NCBI GenBank assembly: GCA_905182125.1
Contig: CAJJAV010000011.1
Span: 9,934-73,933 of the forward strand
Length of the DNA stretch: 64,000 bases
From: an uncultured Candidatus Poseidoniales archaeon
GTDB taxonomy: Archaea; Thermoplasmatota; Poseidoniia; Poseidoniales; Poseidoniaceae
Reading direction: 5' to 3'
Shown here in pieces: positions 1-8,197 of this stretch. The stretch's first letter is position 1. Each line of letters begins with the position of its first letter. Under the pieces are notes generated by a model. It was not told where the DNA came from. It ran no database searches and saw only the letters and a program-made list of their open reading frames with translations. A program made the translations under genes and the position numbers.

Positions 1-164
1 TGACCGGAGAAGCTACTCAAGTCAAGGTCCGTGTCAACGATGCGCCAAACCCACGTGACGTGGGTCGCATTATTACTCGAAATGTTTTGGGTCCAATTCG
101 TGTCGGCGACATCTTGATGTTGAAAGACACCGGTCGTGAAGCCCGTAAGCTCAACTCGAGGTGA
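1..164 (+). CDS. rps28e: 30S ribosomal protein S28e (5' truncated by window edge)
   Basis: Own translation from nt 3: [11 protein letters not shown]...[33 protein letters not shown]; matches the S28e signature (RNVxGPxRxGDIL); usual S28e-L24e-ndk order. Confidence 0.95.
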   Translation, partial: TGEATQVKVRVNDAPNPRDVGRIITRNVLGPIRVGDILMLKDTGREARKLNSR

Positions 165-169
165 AGTGT

Positions 170-361
170 ATGCCAGAACGTAGAATCTGTACTTTTTCCG
201 GTGAAGAGATCGAACCAGGCACGGGCATGATGTTCGTGCGCCGTGACGGAAGCGTCATGTGGTTCAAGAACTCCAAGGCTCGCAAGAACATGCTCAAACT
301 CAAGCGTAACTCCCGTCGCGTCAAGTGGACCCGCCACTTCGTGAAGGGCGGTATTCAGTGA
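170..361 (+). CDS. rpl24e: 50S ribosomal protein L24e
   Basis: MPERRICTFSGEEIEPGTGMMFVRRDG...RRVKWT; ATG at 170 preceded by GAGGTGA. Confidence 0.95.
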   Translation: MPERRICTFSGEEIEPGTGMMFVRRDGSVMWFKNSKARKNMLKLKRNSRRVKWTRHFVKGGIQ

Positions 362-471
362 GTTCATCTCCTGAGTAAAGCAAACATCCGCTCAAGCGGA
401 GACAATCTCAAAACTCCAAAGGGCCGTATGGCTCATAAAGGGGGGTCCAGTCGGACGGTTTGGTGAACTCC

Positions 472-918
472 ATGGAAACGACATATGTCATGATCAAGCC
501 TGACGGCGTACAACGAGGACTAATAGCAGAAATTATGGGAAGATTTGAGCGAAAAGGGCTCAAACTCGTCGGTCTGAAATCCGTAGTACCAAGCCAAGAC
601 ACCGCAGAAGCACACTACGCTGTCCACAAGGAACGCCCATTTTATCCAGGCCTCATCAAGTTCGTGACCTCTGGCCCTGTTGTCTGCATGGCTTGGTCCG
701 GAAAAGATGCAATCACCGTCGCTCGCACCCTCATTGGAGCAACCAATGGACGCGAAGCAAACCCTGGAACCATCCGAGGCGACTATGGCATGGATATGGG
801 CTTCAACATGATTCACGGCTCGGATGCAGCAGATACTGCTGAGTTTGAACTCGGTCTATGGTTCCCTGAGGGCCTCATGGAATGGGATCAAACGATCACC
901 GCTTGGGTCTACGAGTGA
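472..918 (+). CDS. ndk: Nucleoside diphosphate kinase
   Basis: [18 protein letters not shown] and NMIHGSD (catalytic His) motifs. Confidence 0.97.
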   Translation: METTYVMIKPDGVQRGLIAEIMGRFERKGLKLVGLKSVVPSQDTAEAHYAVHKERPFYPGLIKFVTSGPVVCMAWSGKDAITVARTLIGATNGREANPGTIRGDYGMDMGFNMIHGSDAADTAEFELGLWFPEGLMEWDQTITAWVYE

Positions 919-953
919 ATACCACCCCGATACGGGGTTCAAAAGGTGATGAT

Positions 954-2904
954 ATGGACGAAACCGAACAGGATTCGCCAGATGAAAGCACCGTTGAGCG
1001 GGGCCATAATCGCCAACCTATTGTTTCCGTTCTCGGTCACGTTGACCACGGAAAGACCAGCGTTCTCGATTTAGTTCGCTCCGTTGGTAGCGAACGTCAG
1101 GCCAGCGTGATGGATACCGTGAGGCTGGTGGCATCACCCAGCACATCGGTGCTACCGAGGTGCCTGCCGATGTGTCTCAATGAAACCTGCGCAGCAGATG
1201 CTTGCGCGGAAAGAAATTCAAGTCACCGGGGTTGCTGTTCATCGACACGCCCGGGCCACCACTCCTTCGTGTCACTTCGTGAATACCGTGGTGGCTCAGT
1301 CTCTGATATCGCAATCCTTGGTCATCGACATCATGGAAGGGCTCCAACCGCAAACCATCGAGAGCCTCGAAGGTATTACGCGCTTCAAAGAAACTCGCAC
1401 TCCTTTCGTGATCGCTGCTAATAAAATCGACCGGATTCATGGCTGGATGTGCGAACGGTACTCTGGTCGCTCGTTCTTAGTGATTCGTTCAAAGAGCAAC
1501 GTGAAGACGTCCAATCTCTTTTCGAAGATCGGTATTGGAAGATGCTTGGTCAATTTTCGGAACATGGGTTCAACATCGAACGGTACGACCAAATTCGTGA
1601 CTTCCGTCAAAATGTAGCCTTTGTACCAATGTCGGCTAAGGACGGTGAGGGTTTGCAAGACCTTCTTGCTGTGACCGTCGGCTTGGCAGAACGTTTCCTC
1701 GAAGACCGGCTCACTGACACCCTCGGAGCTGCGGAAGGCACCGTTTTGGAAATGAGAGAAGAGATTGGCATGGGGAAAACCATCGATGTCATCCTCTATC
1801 GAGGCGATCTCAAAGTTGGCGATACCATCATGCTCGCAGCGAACGATGGGCCCTTTTCAACCCACATCAAGGGGCTCAAACGCCCAAAGGGCATGGCTGA
1901 GATGCGAGATGCCGGGAAGCGCTGGGTTAACTTTGATCATGTTGAGGCTGCATGCGGTGTGAAAATCGTTGCACCAAATCTGGAAAACACAATTGCTGGC
2001 ACCACCCTCTACCGTGCAAACACTCCCGAAGAACGAACCAACGCAGAGGCATCTATTCGTAAAGAATGGCGTGCTATTTTCGATACAATGCCAATCATGT
2101 GTTCGAAATGTTCGGAAGTGTTCCCTCGTGTTCAGTTCAAAGATCACACCAAAAAGGGATCATGCAGAGGAGCAGAAGAGGAACGCAAGGGCGTCGTCAT
2201 CAAGGCAGACACCGTTGGTGCTTTGGAAGCGCTTGGTTTCGAATTAGCTAAATTGAAAATCCCAGTTCGTCAGGCCACAGTTGGCCCCGTCAACAAGCGA
2301 GATATTTCTGATGGCACATTCCGCTCAGGATCCACTCAACAAGGTCATCCTTGGATTTTCAGTCAAAGGCAACACGGAAGTTGCGGAACAACTCCAAGAC
2401 GAGGATTCAGAAATCAAATTTTTCACGGGCAGCATCATCTACCACGTGCTCGATGCTTACGAAGCATGGCGTGAAGAGACTGCAGAGCGGCTTGCAGCCG
2501 AACTTCGTGAATCACTTGTGTATCCTGGTCGGCTGCTGTATCTGAAAGACCACACATTCCGAGCAAAGGGCCCTGCCATCGTAGGTATGCGGGTTGTCGG
2601 TGGACGTGTGCACATCGGACAGCGTCTGATGAAGCTCGATGGCACACCCGTTGGACAAATTAAGAGCCTACGAACCAGAGACTCGGAGAATGTCAAAGAA
2701 GCAAATCAAGGGGACGAAGTGGCTGTAGCGATCAACGGTCCAACCGTAGGACGCCACATCGAAGAGTTGGATGAGTTCTATGTTGATGTCCCTGAAATGC
2801 ATGCAAAACGGCTCAAGAAAATTGATCTCAGTCCCATCGAACAGGAAATCCTCGATGAATTAATTCGACTGCACCGGAAGGAAAATCACTTCTGGGGTCG
2901 TTGA
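954..2904 (+). CDS. infB: Translation initiation factor aIF5B (IF-2); reading frame broken by several apparent single-base insertions
   Basis: [16 protein letters not shown] (G1), [12 protein letters not shown] and LLFIDTP in shifted frames, ANKIDRI (G4), [18 protein letters not shown] and C-terminal FWG, spread over ORFs 882-1421, 1180-1617, 1449-2474 and 2281-2904. Confidence 0.92.
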
Positions 2905-3015
2905 TGATCTTTGATGTAGAAAACGCAAACGGCTGACATATTGTTGACTTGCGACCCCCTCACATTCATATATGGAAGGGTGGGGTTGGTGACTTGTCCT
3001 TTGGAGGCCTTCAAC

Positions 3016-4027
3016 ATGGAAGCAGGATTCTCAGCAGCACCCGCAATGGGTCAAAACCCCGGAACTCAAGATTTGATTGGTACCGTTTCGGCCATTTCAA
3101 ACAGCCTAATGAACGAAGTGAGCAAGGTTATCATCGGGAAGAACGAGAACCTGCGACGGGTCACCGTCGGTATTTTGTCAAACGGCAACATGCTGTTGGA
3201 AGATTTCCCTGGTTTGGCCAAGACCCTGTTGGCAAACACGTTCGCACAAGCCCTCGGATGCAAGTTCAAGCGGGTTCAATTCACTCCCGATCTGCTTCCC
3301 TCCGACATCATGGGGACGTACATGTACGACCAGAAGGAAGGAGAATTCAAACTGCGAGCCGGTCCTTTGTTTTCCAACGTTCTGTTGGCAGACGAAATCA
3401 ACCGTGCTCCGCCAAAGACCCAAGCTGCTTTGCTTGAAGCTATGGAAGAAAAGCAAGTGACCATTGAAGGAATCACGCACAAGTTGCCGGCTCCATTCGT
3501 TGTTATTGCAACACAAAACCCAATCGAACAAGAAGGAACCTACCCGCTCCCTGAAGCGCAAATGGACCGCTTCCTCATGAAAATGAGCATGGGCTACCCT
3601 GACCGTGCTGAAGAAAAAGCGATCTCTGGCTCGCCGAAAGTTGCGAGGAAAGGATGGACACGATGTCTTGCAAATCACTTCGCCAAAGAAGGTCGTTGCC
3701 ATGCAAAAAGCACTCGAAACAGTTCACGTTGATCCTGCAATTCTCAAGTACATTGTGGAGATTGTACAACGAACACGCGAAGATCATCGAGTCACCAACG
3801 GTGCTTCGCCTCGTGCCTCGCAATCGCTGTTCAAGACCGGACGTGCTGCTGCTGCAATCGCTGGACGCAATTACGTGATTCCAGACGATATCAAAGGCAT
3901 TGCATTGCAGATTATTTCCCACCGTATCAACATGAAGCCTGAAGCAAAGATTCGGGGCATTACTGGCATGCACATCGTGAGAAAAATCCTCTCGGAAGTC
4001 CCAGTACCCGTCATCCAACCGGCTTGA
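3016..4027 (+). CDS. MoxR-family AAA+ ATPase (one frameshift near 3625)
   Basis: LLEDFPGLAKT, RVQFTPDLLPSD, LADEINRAPPKTQ, ATQNPIEQEGTYPLPEAQMDRF; C-terminal half (GASPRAS, YVIPDDIK) in ORF 3605-4027. Confidence 0.9.
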
Positions 4028-4085
4028 AGTTTGAACCACTGTGGTTGCATTCAAAGGGGAGAACCCCTCTCCTTCACATGTACGA

Positions 4086-4093
4086 GGAGGTGA
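4086..4093 (+). promoter_or_regulatory. Shine-Dalgarno site of the parA-like gene
   Basis: GGAGGTGA ending 4 nt before ATG 4098. Confidence 0.7.
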
Positions 4094-4097
4094 AAAG

Positions 4098-5057
4098 ATG
4101 AACCCATACAAGATGGTAATAGCCGTTGCAAATCAAAAGGGCGGTTGTGCAAAAACAACAACTGCAGTCAACCTAGCAGCAGCCCTGGCCAAGGGATCAC
4201 CTCGTCAAGGACTTCCAAAGGCCAAGGTCTTGTTGATCGATTTAGATCCGCAAGGAAACTGCGCTACATCGTTTGGAGTTGAAAAGAAAAACGTCAAGAA
4301 AACCTCCTACGATTTACTTACCAACGATTCAGGTGAAGACCTTCCATTGATGGAAGAATACCTCATCGGACCCGAGGAACTCACCGAATCAATGCAGGAT
4401 GCTTGGAGCCTGCGAAACAACAACAAGAAAGCGCCCGATAATGTGTCAGTGGGTCATTTGTGGCTGCTTCCCAGTGACATTCATCTCTCAGGTGCAGAAA
4501 TTGAATTGAGTCACAAAATTGGTCGCGAAACTCGACTTCGAGAAGCTTTGATGCCAATCATCGACGAATTTGACTACATCATCATCGACACTCCACCCTC
4601 CTTGGGACTCTTGTCCATCAACGCCATGTGTGCGGCCAACTGGGTCATGGTCCCGGTTCAGGCAGAATATTACGCCCTTGAAGGGTTCAGCATGCTGATG
4701 AATTCGATTAAGATGATTCAACGTCGCATCAACCGGAACTTGAAAATTTTCGGAATTGCCATGACCATGGTTGACGCTCGATCGAAACTCAGTCGACACG
4801 TGTGCGATGAAGTCAACAAGAAAATGCCGAATAAGTTGTTTAAGACCACTGTTCGTCGGCTGGTCAAGGTTGCAGAAGCACCCTGGAGTGGGGCACCAAC
4901 GGTTCTGCTCAACAAACCAACCAATTCAGGTGCGGGAGCTGGTTCCCTCGAATACTGGACTTTGGCCAAAGAATTTCATCAACGGGTGCAAGAAATGCGC
5001 CGAGAATTCGGCGTGAATGAAGAACCGCGCCTTCTTCTGCAAAAAAATAAGCAGTGA
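4098..5057 (+). CDS. ParA/Soj-family ATPase
   Basis: IAVANQKGGCAKTTT (deviant Walker A), LIDLDPQGN, IIIDTPPSLG, PVQAEYYALEG. Confidence 0.92.
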   Translation: MNPYKMVIAVANQKGGCAKTTTAVNLAAALAKGSPRQGLPKAKVLLIDLDPQGNCATSFGVEKKNVKKTSYDLLTNDSGEDLPLMEEYLIGPEELTESMQDAWSLRNNNKKAPDNVSVGHLWLLPSDIHLSGAEIELSHKIGRETRLREALMPIIDEFDYIIIDTPPSLGLLSINAMCAANWVMVPVQAEYYALEGFSMLMNSIKMIQRRINRNLKIFGIAMTMVDARSKLSRHVCDEVNKKMPNKLFKTTVRRLVKVAEAPWSGAPTVLLNKPTNSGAGAGSLEYWTLAKEFHQRVQEMRREFGVNEEPRLLLQKNKQ

Positions 5058-5166
5058 ATATGCGGTCTTGGACGGCTGTTGATGGGTCTCAAACCGCTCG
5101 ATTCAGCAGCGCTTCCTTCGCTGGGGTTAAGTAGCCCAAACAACGCAGTCATAAGCAGGGATTGCG

Positions 5167-5409
5167 ATGACTGGTGAAGGAATGACCTCTGTGAGCGTGA
5201 GTTATGAAGTTCGACGTCAGTTGAACACCATGCGAAGCACAAGTGGACACAAAAGTGTCAATGAATTGCTTACGGACATCGTTCGTGCTCATAAAATTGC
5301 AAAAATGGACGGCGAAATTGAAACATTACGGGAACGGATGAAAGCCGTTGCAGATGTTGAAGTTGAACACTTGGTCGACCGTTTGAACCTCGCTCCATTC
5401 AAGGTGTGA
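5167..5409 (+). CDS. Small ribbon-helix-helix-like DNA-binding protein (VapB/ParG-like)
   Basis: Alternating beta strand TSVSVS followed by helices EVRRQL..M and KSVNELLTDIV, typical of archaeal RHH antitoxins. Confidence 0.5.
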   Translation: MTGEGMTSVSVSYEVRRQLNTMRSTSGHKSVNELLTDIVRAHKIAKMDGEIETLRERMKAVADVEVEHLVDRLNLAPFKV

Positions 5410-5413
5410 TCGC

Positions 5414-5668
5414 ATGATGGAATGGCGACCACCTGGCTACGAGTTTGATGCTCGTAATTTGGTACGTGCCTTGTTCAGTGAAAACACCGATGAAGGAAAA
5501 CTCCTCCAAGCAGCCGCATGTGGCTATGTTGAAATCTTTGCTCGACCTGTCGCGTGGAACGGCGTATTGTGGCTGATTATGAACACCCTGAAGCAAGACG
5601 GGAAGCCTGTTTACACCGGTGAGGAATTAGGCGCTCTTCGAGAGGCTTTACCGATTGTCTGGCGTTAA
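5414..5668 (+). CDS. Hypothetical protein, possibly a truncated PIN-like domain
   Basis: 84 aa, preceded by AGGTG; FDARNLVRAL resembles the PIN N-terminal xDTNxLxxAL motif. Confidence 0.45.
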   Translation: MMEWRPPGYEFDARNLVRALFSENTDEGKLLQAAACGYVEIFARPVAWNGVLWLIMNTLKQDGKPVYTGEELGALREALPIVWR

Positions 5669-5688
5669 GGCTGTTCAAGTAAACTGAA

Positions 5689-8121
5689 TCACTTTTGCTT
5701 GTCAAGCCACTCTTGTCCGTACCATTTCCATTGGTCCATGGTCCAACCTTCTGGAAGACCCGATGCTGGAATTGGTGGCGCTGCAGCTGGGACTTCTGCT
5801 GCTTCCTCGGAGGTTGGCTTTTCTGCAGCAACGGGTGCTGGCATACCTGCGATGGCTTCGAGGCTATCGTCTTCACCATACAGGGAAGAAGCGTCGATCG
5901 ATTCGCTTGATTCGTCGTCAACATCGAGATCACCGTCATTGACTGTGAAATCAAGGCTGACTACGTCATCGTCCCAAGCAGAGTCTGATTCAACTCCACC
6001 TTGGGCTGAGAGACCGGCAGTGCCTTCCAAAGCCTCCACAGAAGCTGATTTCGTTGATTGATTAGGAGGAAGGGCTGTCCCGTAGATTTTGATGTTCGCC
6101 TGAGATTTGCGCCGTTTGCTGACGGCGGCAACACCGACGATGACCAGCGAAAGAAGCGCAAATGCAACACCGCCAACCGCAATCACTTGCTTGAGTGTGT
6201 TGCTATCGACTTCAGAGCCCGAGTCGAGAAGGCCTGCATTCTTGCTTGCATTCCAGGCTGCATAGGAGTAATCGCTTTCATTGGCGTCTTTTTCACGGGA
6301 CAAGTAGGATTGGTAATCTTCACTTCGCCAACCCATGCAAGCGTCGGAAAGATCATCGAAATTCAGCATACAGTGATCCGTTTCGGTTTGAACCAAGGGG
6401 CGACTGTCATCGTAATCAGAATTGGAACCAACGCCGTCTTTATCGGCGTCAAAGTGTTCATCGGGGTCGGTTTCCATACCAATCGATTCGGTTCGGTCAA
6501 CCCAACCATCACCGTCGAGGTCTTCACAGCCGTTTGAGGCAACTTCGATGAAACCGCTCGCCGACGTGGCGTTTGGAATCCATGCCCGGGTGGAGTTCCC
6601 GAATTCCCAAGGGCAAGCATCAGGCAACAAACCACTGGTGTTGTCACCGAAGCCATCGCCGTCTTGATCAAGCCACTGTGTGCCTTGAGATGGCAATGCA
6701 TCTGCTCCTTGTTCTACGCCAAAGCTCTCATCGGGGTTGGAATAACCGTCGAGATCGGTGTCAGAGCATCCATAGCGGTCGTATTTAGAAAATCCATTGG
6801 TGGTTGGGCAAGCATCGGGCATCAAGCCGTTGGGATTGCTCCCATAGCCATCGAGGTCTGAATCCATCCATTGCGTTGGCTCCTCAGGGAACATATCCCC
6901 GTCGAGGCCCTGCTCGTTATCGCCATAGCCATCGCCATCCATGTCTTGCCACTGTTCGGCATTGTTTGGAAAGAGATCACCTTCGGTGCCAGCGGGGTTG
7001 TCGCCGTGACCGTCCCCATCGGCATCGACATACTGCGTTCCATCACTGGGGAATCGATCGCCCATGAAACCGTTGATATTGTCACCATAGCCATCCAAAT
7101 CTGCATCGGACCATTGAGTGATTTCATTGGGAAAGACATCGTTAGTATCGGTAACGCCGTCGCCATCTGTGTCAAGGTCATAGAGGCGAATCTTGGAGTA
7201 GGATAGGAAAGAGGTCACGATGTAGACCTCACCCGTGAAAGGTGAAGCTGAACCGGTGACTGCTCCTTGAGAGACGTAGGTTTCACCTTCGGCAAACGTG
7301 GCCCCGTCAATCATGGTCAATTTGCCATTTTGCGAACCTGCGATGTAGGTGCTGTTGTCAAGTTCTTCGAGGTGAATGATCGAAGAGCCATGGCTTAGAG
7401 CAAGGGTCTCTACCGCCCATGAATTTGTGTCATAGCGGTAAATGGCCCCGTTCGATGAGCCAACGATGAGGTTACCATCGTGATCTTGAATCAGCGCATT
7501 GACGATGCCTCCTGGTTCGGTAAGGGTTGTCAACAGGGTGCCGCCATTATCAGCAACGTAAACTTTTGAGTCATAGCCACCCAGCGCCATTCGTCCATCA
7601 TCGAGAACGGTAAAGGAGTTGAAACCGCTTTGAACCGGAGGAGAAAAGGTGCCGGTTGCCCCATCAGATGCGTACTCTTCTGCACGACGTCGCCCTGCAA
7701 AGTGTGCAAGCCAGAGATCGCCCTCGGAATCCCAATCCATGTCATTGACTGGAGCATCAGTGGAAATGTTTCGATTTGCAATTTGAAGGTCCATGTGAAC
7801 CACAAACACGCCTGCGTCGTGGGCAACAGCCGTCAAGAGTTGGGCGTCATCCAGCCTCGCCCCGTTGGCGCTAACATCCAAATCGAGGTTCCAGAGAGGG
7901 ACAAGGATCCCCTTGCTGAAGGCATTGACCGTGAGGTTACCCTGAACGTCGACGGTCAAAACAGTCCCGTCGTTCATGACCTCCCAGTGAACTAATTTAT
8001 TCGAAGTCTGATGGGTGTACCCTGCATCGATCAGTTCCACATCGCTTGCTGCAACAACCGGACCAAGTGCCACTAAAGGCAACATTGTAAAGGCGATGAG
8101 AAGAGCGAGGAAACGCTTCAT
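5689..8121 (-). CDS. Membrane-anchored beta-propeller (WD40-like) + TSP3-repeat protein with Trp-rich C-terminal mini-domain
   Basis: Signal peptide, propeller-like repeats, many DxDGDGxGD/DxFP repeats, one TM helix followed by KRRK, tail GLPEGWTMDQWKWYG. Confidence 0.85.
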   Translation of the reverse strand: MKRFLALLIAFTMLPLVALGPVVAASDVELIDAGYTHQTSNKLVHWEVMNDGTVLTVDVQGNLTVNAFSKGILVPLWNLDLDVSANGARLDDAQLLTAVAHDAGVFVVHMDLQIANRNISTDAPVNDMDWDSEGDLWLAHFAGRRRAEEYASDGATGTFSPPVQSGFNSFTVLDDGRMALGGYDSKVYVADNGGTLLTTLTEPGGIVNALIQDHDGNLIVGSSNGAIYRYDTNSWAVETLALSHGSSIIHLEELDNSTYIAGSQNGKLTMIDGATFAEGETYVSQGAVTGSASPFTGEVYIVTSFLSYSKIRLYDLDTDGDGVTDTNDVFPNEITQWSDADLDGYGDNINGFMGDRFPSDGTQYVDADGDGHGDNPAGTEGDLFPNNAEQWQDMDGDGYGDNEQGLDGDMFPEEPTQWMDSDLDGYGSNPNGLMPDACPTTNGFSKYDRYGCSDTDLDGYSNPDESFGVEQGADALPSQGTQWLDQDGDGFGDNTSGLLPDACPWEFGNSTRAWIPNATSASGFIEVASNGCEDLDGDGWVDRTESIGMETDPDEHFDADKDGVGSNSDYDDSRPLVQTETDHCMLNFDDLSDACMGWRSEDYQSYLSREKDANESDYSYAAWNASKNAGLLDSGSEVDSNTLKQVIAVGGVAFALLSLVIVGVAAVSKRRKSQANIKIYGTALPPNQSTKSASVEALEGTAGLSAQGGVESDSAWDDDVVSLDFTVNDGDLDVDDESSESIDASSLYGEDDSLEAIAGMPAPVAAEKPTSEEAAEVPAAAPPIPASGLPEGWTMDQWKWYGQEWLDKQK

Positions 8122-8197
8122 GGCTCAACCCAATGCCTCAATCAATATGAAGGAGCCGATGCGTAGCATCAGCGGCTTATGACACTCCAAGCATTGG

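Noticed and set aside
386-409. ncRNA between rpl24e and ndk
   Set aside because: Only small hairpins (TCCGC-TCAA-GCGGA, GAGA-CAA-TCTC), compatible with an ordinary 3' end structure.
954-2904. aIF5B pseudogene or programmed frameshifting
   Set aside because: Universal gene with intact motifs; clustered insertions without slippery sites fit sequencing error better.
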